A stretch of 64,000 bases of DNA from Carcharhinus longimanus (lineage: Eukaryota), in contig JASCQW010000119.1 in assembly GCA_030264375.1 (NCBI GenBank), forward strand, positions 27,384,730-27,448,729. The letters are read 5' to 3'. Shown here in pieces: positions 27,201 through 40,000 of this stretch. The position numbers and the translations under genes were made by a program. The notes under the pieces are model-generated. The model was given only the letters and a program-made list of their open reading frames with translations. It ran no database searches and was not told the DNA's origin. Positions within the stretch are counted from its first letter, which is position 1; every line of letters begins with the position of its first letter.

Positions 27201-30200
27201 CTGGATTCCAATTCAATTCTCTTCCTGCACCAAGTGGTGCACTAAGGCAGTCTTTTGTCTATTTCCATATCTAGTAATTCCTGGAACAGGTCGTTAAGCT
27301 GACACCAGAGGCTTGATGGACCCTTCTCCACGTCAAGCATTACTGACCAGGATTCTCTCTCACTCTCACCATCAGCTATTGGCATATTTGGAAAGATTTG
27401 CAGGTTGATGCTCAACCCGTTTGGTTACGTTACAAACACACCTTTCTTGGCCATCATATCCTGGGTGGGACTCGAACCCAGAACTCAAAGGCAGGGACAT
27501 TACTAACTGCAGCACAAGTCCTCCTCCTACCTTTCTGGATGGCTCAGAGGGATGGCAGAAACATCACAAAAAAATCACGATCTCAAGGAGTTCAGCGTCA
27601 ATAAGGACGGCAACTGAAACAGGAAATACAGAGGGAAATCAAAGAGGAGCATGTGACTCTGACCTGTACAGGCGCCATCTGTCTTTGAGGGAAAGCATCC
27701 AAATATTGAAAATCCCCCTCTCCTCTGCTGCAGTCATCGCGCCACTCTTCCGCAATTCTGCCTGTGCCTTCTGTTTCATTTTCTTTCTTTCGTTGCGTTG
27801 TACCTGTTTAAAAACAGGAATATTGTGCTAAACATAGGGCCAAATGACCATACAAAAGAGATATTTTAAAATATAAGTGACATCTGGCAACGTAGCGGAG
27901 ATACTTCATCAATTTTTAAAATAACTACAATAGTGATCCAATGCTTCTACAATGGCCTGTTTTCAAAGTGTGTGCTGGTGACACTGAATCAAATCCAACC
28001 CTGCATATAAAATCACAGACAGACTGCCCACCAACTTCCATCCACAGCGTGCCCATTTCCAACTTGCACTGATGACAGGCAAGGTTATCTACTGCCATGG
28101 TGTACTCAGGCGAGTTTGTACTAATGTGTCAACAGCAATCGTTGACAACATCAGGACTCAGAATTTCTTGGGTTGAATAACATGGCTTGCGTGGTCCCCA
28201 TTCTCAGGGAAGAGCCTGCCCAGGAGTAGAACAGATGCCACAATCATTGTGCAGCATAGCAGTTAATAGGCTGGAAGTGGGTTTTTCATCCCCCTGGGGA
28301 AAAGAAGTCTCATCTTAGACAGCTACCACCCAAACAAGAGGCCAACAGCCCTTGCTACACTAGTAGCGCCAGAGGGAGCAGTGGCCACTGCTGGTACTGC
28401 AGCCAGATGATGAGGTAAGATGGATTGGAACTCTGTAGGTATTTGGGGGCAGGTGAAGTGAGTGGAGGCAGCAGTTTGAGAGTCTATGGTGATGGGGGAA
28501 ATCTAAGGGAATTATATTTTGGGGGTCCTCCGAAGGGCCCAGGGACCAGTTTAAAAGGGACGCTCCCCACTGCCAGCCATTGAACCTCACAGGGAAACCT
28601 GCTGGGTTGACCATTTGGCACTAGTTAAATGCAGGCAGCAGTAGAACAAGGTTGTTGGTGGGAATTAATTTTGTCTGCTTAATGGCCTCAATTTGTTCAC
28701 TACTGTAAGGGACTGCCTCAGGCCACCTAGCCACTACTGTAATTAAGGGTGGCAGCAGGAAAGCCTCCTGTTGGATTCAACATGCTTCCACCTTCAAACG
28801 CACCAGCAAGGGAGTATTAAATCCTGTCCCATTTTTTGATAACTTTAGTTAGAAGAATCTAATTAATAATGGCAGTGGTTCTTTAAAATTTCAGAACCTT
28901 TACCTGCCAGCCACCTTCCTCCTGTTGCTGTGCTCTCTGAGATCCTTGCTTGTTAAGGTTCATTGCTAACAATGTGTTCGCTAGTTCATTGAGATCGGCA
29001 TCTTGTTTCTTCTTAGTCCTCATTTTTGGCTCATCATCATCAATCATTCTCTCTCTCTGGATAAGCTCTGCTTCCTCGGAGATTTGAATCAACTCATCCT
29101 CTACATCTTCATCCTCCACTTCCTCTTGCATTTCACCTTTAGAAAGAAAGAAGCAAAAAGATTTAAAATGAGGAACAGGAGAAGGCCAAATGACCTCTTG
29201 AGTCTGCTCCATTATTCAAAAAGATTATATTGATCTTCTATCTCAACTCTACTTTCCTTCTTGATCCTTATATCCTTTGAATAAAAGCAAAGTCCCCCTC
29301 AAAGCCACTCACCATCCTGACTTGGAAATATATCGCTGTTCCTTCTCAGTCACTGGGTCAAAATCCTGGAATTCCCTCCCTAACAGCATTGACAGTCAAC
29401 CCACAGCATGTCGACTGCAGCGTTTCAAGAAGACAACTCACCACCACCTTCTCAGGGGCAACTAGGGATGGACAATAAATGCTGGCCAGCCAGCGACGCC
29501 CATGTTCCATGAATAAAACAAAAATACTGCAGATGCTGGAAATCTGAAATAAAAAGAGAAAATGCTGGAAATCTCAACAGAACTGGCCACATCTATGGAG
29601 AGAGAACAGTGCTAACATTTTGAGTTCGTGTGACTTCTTCAGAGAAGAGTCTTCTTCTGAAGAGTCATATGGACTTGAAGCATTAACTGTTTCTCTCTCC
29701 ACTGATGCTACTGGACCTTATATGCTTTTATCCCGCATTCCTTGATTCTCTTAGTGCTCAAAAAAATCTAACAATGTCTGCACTGAATATATTCAATGAT
29801 TGAGTATCCACAGCCCTCTATAGGTGAAAGTTCCAAAGACTCTGAACGAAGGAAATTTTCCTCATCTCAGTTTGAAATGACCAATCCCTTATCCTGAAAG
29901 TGTTGCCCTGATTTCCAATCTTTCCAGCCAGGGGAAAAGAATCTCTCAACATCCACCCTGTGAAGCCATCTCAGAAAATTATATGATTCAGCGAGAACAT
30001 TTCTCATTCTTTTAAACTCCACAGACTAGAGGTCCAATCTCCTCATTCTCATTGCACAGGACCACCTATTTTGCAGCCCTCTAAGGAAAATACATCCATT
30101 CTTTGGTAAGGAGGCCAAAACTTTAAACAGTGCTCCAGGTGGGGCCTCTCTAATGCCCTATAATGCAGCAAAATGTCCTTACTTTAAACTCCATCCACCT

Positions 30201-33200
30201 GGCAATAAAGTCTAATGTAACATTCACTTTGCTGATTCTTTAATGTGTCTGCTTATTAACATTCTGTGCTTAAACAACAAACAAAACCAACTTGCATTTA
30301 GGTAACACCTTTAATGTAATAAAACATTCTGAGGCACTTCACAGATTTTATCAAACATAAGTTTGATGCCAAGTCAGGGCAAGGAGGTAAAGACATTAGA
30401 GGTGGTGCAGAAAAGATTTAAGAAAATGGTTCTGGAGATTGTGCACTTCAAATTCATGGGTAGATTTGAGACATTGAGGCTGTTATCCTTGGACAGAATA
30501 AGAAGTCTCACAAAACCAGATTAAAGTCCAACAGGTTTATTTGGTAGCACGATCTTTCAGAACGCTGCCCCTTCATCAGGATCAGAAGCAGGGCTCTAAA
30601 AACTCATGTTACCAAATCAACCTGTTGAACTTTAACCTGGTGGTGAGACTTCTTACTGTGCCCATCCCAGTTAAATGCTAACATCTCCACATCATGGTTA
30701 TCCTTGGAGAAAGGAAGGTAGAGAGGAGATTTGATAGAGCTATTCAAAATCATGAAGGGTTGAGACACAGTAGGTAGAGGCTGATCCCATTAGCAGAAGG
30801 GTCAAGCTCCATAAGACACTGATATAGGTGATTGTGAAATGAACCTACGACAGGCAGGGTGAAGAAAATCTTTGTTTTAGATGGTGAGTCATTAGGATTT
30901 GGAGTGCAGTGCTTGAGTGCATGCTGGAAGCAGATACAGTTGTGACTTTCAAAAGGGAATTGGATGATTACCGGAAGACAAAATCTTTCAGGGCTACAGG
31001 AGAAAGGGGAAGGAATTGGAGTAGGTTGAATTGCCATGCAGAAAGCCGGCATGGATATGGCAGGCTGAAAATCCTCCTTCTGTATTGTAGCCATTGTGAC
31101 TCAATAAAGAGATTTTTGAGCAGGTGACCAAAATTTAGTTTTAAGGAAAATTTAAGAAAGAAATAAAGAGAGGTGGGAAGGTTTTGGGAAGGAATTCTAG
31201 AGCTTAGGGCGCAATCAGTTGAAGGCACTGCTGCTAATGTTGGAGTGAATAAAAAGCAGGAACGTTCCTGAAGCCAGAATTGCAGAGAAAGCTCGGCAAA
31301 ATGTAAGGTTGGAGGAGATCACAAAGACAAGGAGGGGAAAGGCCACGGAGAAATTTGAGAACAATGGTAAGAATCTTTAAATCGAGGTCTTGCTTGACCA
31401 GGTGCCAATGCAGCCCAGCGAGTTCAGGGATGATGGGTGAGGTGAGACTTGATGCGAGTTAGGACATGTGCAGCAGAATTTTGAATTCTGCTGCACATGT
31501 CAGCTTTATTGACAATAAATGAGGAAGCTGGTCATGAGTAAATAGTCCAGTCTAGAGGTAACAAAGGCATAGTTAAAGGTTTCAGCAGTAAGGTCAGAGT
31601 CAGCAAATGTTATAAAAGGTAGAAACAGGCAATCTTGGTAATGGAGCAGATATATGATTGGACCCTGATCTCGGGGTCAAAGATAAGACCAAGGCTACAA
31701 ACAAGATTCATGTACAAGGACATCTAAATCCTTCTTCACAACAACACTTACTAGTTGCAATATATTTTGCTCTTCTATTCTTCCTGCCAAAGTGGATAAT
31801 TGCACATTCCACCCAATCTGCCACATTCTTGCACATTCACTTAAACTGTCCTTTTGCAGTCTTTTAGTGTCCTCCTCACACCTTACATTTTCACCTACTT
31901 TTGTATCATCAGCAAACTTGAATATATTACACTCAATCCCCTCAACTAAGTCTTTGACATGGACTACAAATAACTGAGGCCCAAGCAATTATTTTTGCAG
32001 CATCCCACCCTTAACAGCCTACCAACTCAAAAATGAGCAGTTTATTCCTCATCTCTTGTTTTCTGTCCACTAACCAATCCTTAATCCAAGTTACCGTATG
32101 ATACCCAAACTCACTTAATTAGTCCAAATCTTGATGTCAAGAATAAAGCAAGTCTGTTAAGGGCGGCACAGTGGCATAATGGTTAGCACTGCTGCCTCAC
32201 AGGGCCAGAGACTCGGGTTCAATTCCTGGCTTGGATCACTGTCTGTGTGGAGTCTGCATCTTCTCCCCATTTCTGTGTGGGTTTCCTCTGGGTGCTCCAG
32301 TTTCTTCCCACCCTCTAAAGATGTGCAGGTTAGGCTGATTGGCCATGCTAAATTGACTCTCATGTAAGGTAAATATGAGGGGTTAAGGGGATAGGGCCTG
32401 ATGGGATTGTGGTCAGTGCAGACTCGATGGCATGAATGGCTTCTTCTTCACTGAAGGGATTCTATGAAAATTGAGGAGTCTATGAAAATTGGGAAAAGGA
32501 CTCCCAATGTCTTGGTGAGGTTCAGTAGTGTACCTGGAAAAGTAAAACATTACATTGTAGGAGTGAGCTGACTGTCAGCTTGGTCCTGGCCAAGAAGAAT
32601 TGAAGTCCTTCCAATTAGGGGTAGATCTGGACTTCCTACCAAGGAAAGTCATGACTTTAGGTATTGCAGAGGCAGCAAGATCACAAAGTCGGTGGGGAAT
32701 TTAGTCACAATCTTATCCGTAATCGATCTAGATTTTGAGACTGAGATGGAACTTAGGTTTTTATTACAGATGTTTGGGGTTTTTCTGAAAATTTCATCAG
32801 AAGAAACATCCAATTAAGGGATAGCAGACAAAATGTTCGCAGAATAATTCACCACAACTAATGATGTATTCTGACAGGCGCTTTAAGAGTGACAGGATCA
32901 AAGTTGACAATAAGTTTGCAACCCAGATTCTTCAGCCTTTCCAAATAAAGGGGATTATGTAAAGTACTTAACAATACTGTTGAAAAGAGGAACTGTCAAT
33001 GGAAGTANNNNNNNNNNNNNNNNNNNNNNNNNNNNNNNNNNNNNNNNNNNNNNNNNNNNNNNNNNNNNNNNNNNNNNNNNNNNNNNNNNNNNNNNNNNNN
33101 NNNNNNNATGGAAGTAATGGAGTGTGATATTGTTTGTGATTTAGTAACAATCTAGTAAATAATTAAAAAGAAACTCTGAATGTAGTGGCAGCCTTTACCT

Positions 33201-36200
33201 GCATTTTCCATGTTCTGAGGATCTGCCCCAGGAATTGTAGTCACGCTCATGAACCCAAGGCCCAGCCACTCCAAGATTAATGAAAGCCTTCCTCCATAAT
33301 CATTAAACATCTATAGAAACATTAAAATATTCAGTGAGACGATCAAGCATTCTCCAACATCAACTTCATGTCTGAGCACCATACCTGACATGCAGTTTTT
33401 ATAAAACCTCAAACAACCATTTCAAACAAGTAATAGTGTCAGACTTTAACTGTGTTAGCACATCCTGATAACACAGAACAACCTTAGACCAACAACATAT
33501 AAAGCACAGTTTATCATACTCCAACTTTAAATTGCACATTAAAGTTAATCAATTAACACACAAATACACCAATGCAAATAGCAGGGATTTATAAAAATTA
33601 GCTATCAGGTCGATAGAGTAGAAAGGGAAACCATAGCTCAGTATGTCTGTTCCTGATGCCAACCAGTGACCTCCGCTAGAAGGTACATGAAATGTACTGG
33701 TTTAATGTTGATAGTTCTAATTAAAATGCCAATGTTAAAATACTAGGCTCATCTGAAGATTGTCCAATTGTTCAAAACACAGGACGGGATTTTGCGACCT
33801 TGCTCAATCCGAGACCAGAAAGTCCCACCCGACGTCAATGGACGTTCCCACTGTACGCCCCTCCCCCACTCCAATTCCCACAGCAGGTAGGGCGGTAGAA
33901 TTCCAGCGGCAGAAGAACTGCTAGCATTTAGAACCACATTTCATCAATGTATTGTTGTAGGTAAAATAATATCTCTGAGACAGTGAGTCAAAATACAGTG
34001 GTTTTTAATACAAAACTCTGGCGTCTTATTCCAGAATTTTGGGAGAAGCCTGGTAATCCATTATTTGTTCGTGTCTTACATGCTTTAACTCTCATTTTTA
34101 TAAAGGCAGATAGTTTAATGTGACTGATATTTTGTAGACTTTGCAAATCTTACCTATTTGTGTTAGTTATATTTCGTTACACAGTTGGTAGTTTATGATA
34201 CCGGCTTTTGACAGCTGCTGATGGCAGATCACGATACCAGCTTTTAACAGGAAGAGTCCTGCTGGGACAGCNNNNNNNNNNNNNNNNNNNNNNNNNNNNN
34301 NNNNNNNNNNNNNNNNNNNNNNNNNNNNNNNNNNNNNNNNNNNNNNNNNNNNNNNNNNNNNNNNNNNNNNNTCCGGTTTCCTCCCACACCCCAAAGATGT
34401 GCTGTTAGGCTGATTGGCAGGAATAAATTGTCCCTAAATCAGTTTCCCCTCAATCTGGATGGCCATAAAACATTAGATAGGGGTCATGGGTAGAGAGGTG
34501 GTGTTGAAATGGCAGTGTGGGCTCGTTGGGCCGAAGGGCCTGTTTCCCAGGCTGATTTTGTTCTTTGTTCTTTGACTGCAGAAGCGTAACACGATACATG
34601 ACCAGAATTCACAGATTGGAGACTTGCTGGCAAAACCAATCCCAGTCCATCCACCAAGAGGAGTAAATTCAAAACTCCAATAAACCTGAGCTCCCACTGG
34701 AGCCTCCTCAGAGAAACTTCATCTCCAGTCTCCACTGTTAGCCCTTGTTCCACACCCCCTTCAGTTCCCAATAGCTTCTATTCACAGAAATTCTTCTTGT
34801 CCTATCCATCAGGGGGTTTGCAAATCAGCAAATGCTGATCTTTAGTCCATCTCCATCAGGTTTCTGTGATTCTCAGGAAACCATGAGATGCTTCAATTGG
34901 TTCTGGAATTTCTCAAACTTCTTGATATCTTGTACTGCAGGCACACAACGTCAACATTCTCACACAATTGAAGGAAGGAAAGGGTTACTGAATTTTGTAC
35001 CTAGAGTGTATCACAAATATGGCCCTTCATCATAGCTGATCTTCCCAGACTTACATTGCTACTGGCATTAATGTAAATGTTTCACATACTTTAACCCTCG
35101 TTTTTATAACAGCTGATAGTTAAATGTGACTGTTATTTGGTAGACTTTGTAAATCTTACCTATTTGTGTTAGTAGACTTTGTTACACAGATGGTAGTTTA
35201 CGGTACTGGCTTTTAGCAGGAAGAGTCCTGCTGGGACAGCCGCGATTGCACAAGTAACTTTAAAGAAGGGATGCCGGTACTACTGCAGAAGGAATCCCTG
35301 TGTCCTGACTGCAGGACTGTAATTCCTGATTAACTCTGGGGCTGCATCACGACCCAAGAAGGAAGAACTGGAGGTCTGGCAGGAATTGGAACTTTGAATC
35401 GTGATTCCTGCTGGAGCTCATAATGTATAAATACCCATTTGTGTTTGCGTTCTATGCGAAGTCTGATAGCTTCTCCCAAAATTCTGGAATGTATGCCAGA
35501 GTTTTGAAATAAAAATCACACTGTATTTTAACTCACTAACATTCTGAGGTATTATTTTACCTAAAACAGTATTAAAAAGACCCTGTATTGATCAGAAGGG
35601 AGAAAATGGTGGCATGTAGTTGCAGAGGGGTGGGGGTTGCTTGTGCCATCATACCAGTCCATTCTGCAGGCTGTTCCAATGCATTGCAGAGATGTATTTC
35701 TCTAAGTACTGCTCATGAAGAACCCCTTGTGTCGTGCACTCCAAGTGCTGTGCTGCTGCCCGAATCTTCTGCTCTGACTCCCTCATCTGGTTGGTCACCT
35801 ATATTGATTACAGATTACAATAACTCAGTGAGTTTTGCTAATACTGATTCCAAATCATGAGATTTCAGCATTAGAGTACAATCTTACTTCAAAATAGGCG
35901 CCTCGCAGGTGTTGGGGAAGTTTTCTTCTGAAATCTCTGCTGTTCCTCAGTTCCTTCAGGGTGAACCTTTTCAGTAATTCACTGTTACTCCTTCCGCCCA
36001 CCCTAACCAGGCCAGTGTGCAAAAATCCATAGATTCCTGAACATGAAAAAGACACACATACATTAACTTTATAATTCCCTGGATTCTCCACTTCCACCCA
36101 GAGGAGGATCAGGGCAAGACGTACGCCATCCTGATACACTTTCCAGGGTGGAGCTGCTTTGTCAGGCCCAGCAGGCTTCCTGTAGGATCCCTACTGGCCA

Positions 36201-37004
36201 GGGGCAAGTGCCCACCACAGGCTGCTGTAATATTCTGACAGTGATACATTGACTGCTACAGTATTACCCGAAAAATGGGACCTTTTAAAGTTTCAAAACT
36301 AAGAAGAAACTGTCTTTTTTTTTAGGTGTTCACCTGTGCCGAGATCTAAAAAGCCACAAGATGAAAGGAGAAAAAATAATGTTGAAGTAAAAATGAGACA
36401 GTAAACCACATTGCCCAATTATGTTGCCTTTGTTCCCAATATCCCACTGATTTGGGGGCTGGATAATGGAACAAAGACCAAGTTTATATTTCCTCATTTA
36501 TGTTATCTCTTCATTAAATTTAGGCTTGTAATCATACGGTGTATAGTTTTTCTGTACCATTTTCAAAATTAAAAACAACAGATATTGCAAATCTTAGGTC
36601 TAATCTAAACATTCCCTTGGGTTCAGCAGCAACAAAAGTTCATTTTTGCAAACACATCCCTGCGGAAAATTTTGACATCATTGCATTCAACAGCATTCAT
36701 TTGCACTCGTTTGACATCAACTATGCTCAAAAGCAAGTATTTAGCTGTCATTTCACATTTTCTGCACTCAAAGGTCACTTTAGTCACGTAGGGATGAGAA
36801 AATTTAGAAACTGGAGTTGGAGAGAGGGAGAGACCGAGTGGACGCTGTGCTGTGGGGAGAGAAAGAATTTGGAGAGTGGAAGGGTGGGGTGGAGAAAGAA
36901 TTAGGAGACCAGAGCCAAGGTGCAGAGGGTTGTGTGCGTTGGGTAGAGATGGGTGGGGGGGGGTGGTGGGGAGGTGCGGTGTAGTTTATTTGGAGACTGC
37001 AGGG

Positions 37005-37042
<38 letters not shown>

Positions 37043-40000
37043 AGATCCTGAGATTTCTGAGAGTAGAAAATGTAGGCCCTGAGACTAAAGGTGAGGGATG
37101 GGGAGAATATAGGATCTGAGACTGAGGGGAGACAAAGAGCTTACACCCTGATGCTGGGGGAGATGAGGGTGGGGGGAGTTGCAGGGAGAATTTATAACCT
37201 GAGATGGGGGCCCCCAAATCAAATAGGTGCATTTTGTGTCAAATGGTTGCTGATTGTTTTTGAGAGTATTGAAAGCAAATATTATGTCAAAACCTTTAGG
37301 TAGGGTATGTTCTTCACAAACTGGAGTTCACCGAATCTGCTTTATATCAAATTATAAGCCATCTGAGTAAAAATGTGACTCCCTTGTTATACAAACTGTA
37401 AATCATAAACTCAGTTACACTTCTGCAAGCTTCTACACCTTATTCAGATGAGGCCATATATAAATCATTAAGTTGTGTTATTTTGCAGTCAACAACTAAA
37501 GCTACAATCCCTTAAAGTAAATCTCACACTTCTTTAGTTTCATTTCAATCCCTCCCAAAACAGAAAGAACAAAATACATCACACTGTTTTTGTTACTGCA
37601 TCAAGCCATCTTTTCTTATTAACTGATTTCAGGAATCTCTGGACAGAAAATTGAGGGTTGACTTGTCGTTCCTTGTCAATTAGTTAGTTGGTCAATTAAA
37701 GTCAGTCACTGCCCCTGAGTGAAGGTGTCCGACAACAATTCCTTCCTGCTTTCGGAATAAAATGTGTCACCTTAACACAATCTTGTTGGACTCCTGCTGT
37801 CTGATCTTATGACAGGTGATGTTTTACAGAGCAGCCTGACTGGTTTGGCTTCAATCCATAACTCTGCTCTCAGCGCTGGCTACAAGATGGATTTTAAAAA
37901 TTTTGTAGACCTTCAACTTAGAAATATCATATCTATATAAACAGCACTGAAACAGCCTTTATCAGAAATGACAGCCTGTGACTCTGACTCTCTCAAAATA
38001 TGGATGGGATGTTACGGCCTCACTTGAATCGAGACCAGAAAATCCCACCCTAGGTCAACAGACCTTAGCACTGTGCACCCTTTGCCCACTCCGATTCCTG
38101 GGTTGGGCGGAGCTGTAGAGTTCTGACATATATTTCTCCACTTGTCTTTGTCTAATGTCTCCTCCGTGGTCTAACAGGGGGTGGGACTACTTTCACCTCG
38201 GTTAATTCGTCATCAACCAGTCATTAAAAAAAGAATCACCTGCATTGACTTCCCTTCCTTGGCAGGGCTCCAAAGATTTCATTTTGACCCCCTCCTGTTT
38301 CTTATCCAAATGCTGCCCTTTAGTAACATCAACTATAAATATTATCAGGTTCCACATACAGACTGACAACAGCCAGCTCTATCTCACCATCACATTTCTC
38401 TCAAGCCCTCCACTCTCTCTAATTTATCATGCTCTTGATCACATATCCAATTCTAGAGCAGCAGATGTTTTTTCCAACTAAGTGCCAAAAGGCCTGTCAC
38501 ATACACCATTACATAGCTACCAACTCTATCCATCTCCCTGGACATTGAGGTGGAAGCTGACCTTTTGGAGCCACATGTCATACTTGACCCAAAATGAAAC
38601 CCAAGTCGATCTAGATAACATTGCCTGACTCCGTACCCACAGCAGAAGCTCCCATTCCTGCCTTTGTTACCTTCAGACTTGACATTTCCAACACATTCCT
38701 GACCAGTTTCCATTTTATGTCCTCTATAAACTTTAACTCATCACAATCTGTGCCATCAGTATCCTAACTTGCGCCATTCCATTCACCAAAATCCTTCTGC
38801 TCACTGACCTGCATTAGCTCCTGGTCTGGCAATGCCTCCATTTAAAATCCTCATCCTTGTTTTCCAAACACTCCCGGACATCATTTCTCCCCATTTCTGT
38901 AATCTTCTCTAGTGCTAATCCTTCAAGACATCTACACTTAACCAATTGTTGTCTCTTGTGCACCCCTGATATTCTTCAGTGCATTACTAGCAGCTATGTC
39001 TTCAGCTGTCTGGACCCAAAGCTGTGGAAGGCCCACCCTTCTGTTTCTCTGCCTCTCTCCTTTAAGAAACTCCATTAATCTTACCTTTATTCTAATATCT
39101 CCTTATGTAACTTGATGTCAAATTTTGTTTGATAATGTTCCTGTGAAACACCATGGGACATTTCGCTCTGTTAAAGATTCTATAGCAAATGCAAGTTGTT
39201 GTTGTCGTGCTTGTAGCTATTCACTGAGGAAAATTCATGGACCATTTCAAAATGTGAGACAGATAACTGGACAACTGGGGCATGGGGTTGAAGGAAGGAA
39301 GCAGGGAGACAGAGAGATAGATAGAAAAACACGGGACAGAATTTAAACAATTTAATTGGTGTCCCGACATCAGCAACACGCACAGCTAGCTTGCAGGACT
39401 TCCNNNNNNNNNNNNNNNNNNNNNNNNNNNNNNNNNNNNNNNNNNNNNNNNNNNNNNNNNNNNNNNNNNNNNNNNNNNNNNNNNNNNNNNNNNNNNNNNN
39501 NNNGGACCACTGCCTTCTTAGCCTGTGTTCAGTCTCTTTTTTGATTTTAAAAAATCTTCCCTCCCGTACTGCCACTGACAGGATGACCGCATTCAGCTCG
39601 CAGCCTCAGGAGTTCCTCAGGATAGTGTTCAACCATCTTCAGCTGCTTCATCAACAGGTCAGAAATGGGGATGTTTGCTGCTTGCACAATGTTCAGCATA
39701 ATTCAAAACTCCTCAGATATTGAAGCAGTCCATGTCAAATCCAATAAGACATGGACAATATCCAGACTTGGACTGAAAAGTGGCAAGTAACATTCATGTC
39801 ATGCAAGTGCCAGGCAATGAATCTCTCCAACAAAAGAGGATCTAAACATTATCTCTTGAGATTCAATGCCAGTACCCTCGCTGAATCCCTCATTATCAAC
39901 ATCCTGGATATTACCATTGACCAGAATCTGAAGTGGATTTGCCATATAAATACTATGGCTGCAAGTTAGAGACTAGGAACTGTGCAGTGAGTAACTCACC

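Larger units (their letters stand above)
29730..32110. mobile_element. Cluster of CR1/L2 LINE fragments on both strands
   Basis: CR1 3' end (-) at about 29730-30270, CR1 3' end (+) at about 30440-31105, L2 (-) at about 31110-31700, RT fragment [14 protein letters not shown] (-) at 31695-32100. Confidence 0.7.

Noticed and set aside
32161-32235. tRNA genes at SINE heads
   Set aside because: A/B boxes are followed by V-SINE bodies and lack a full cloverleaf; these are SINEs.
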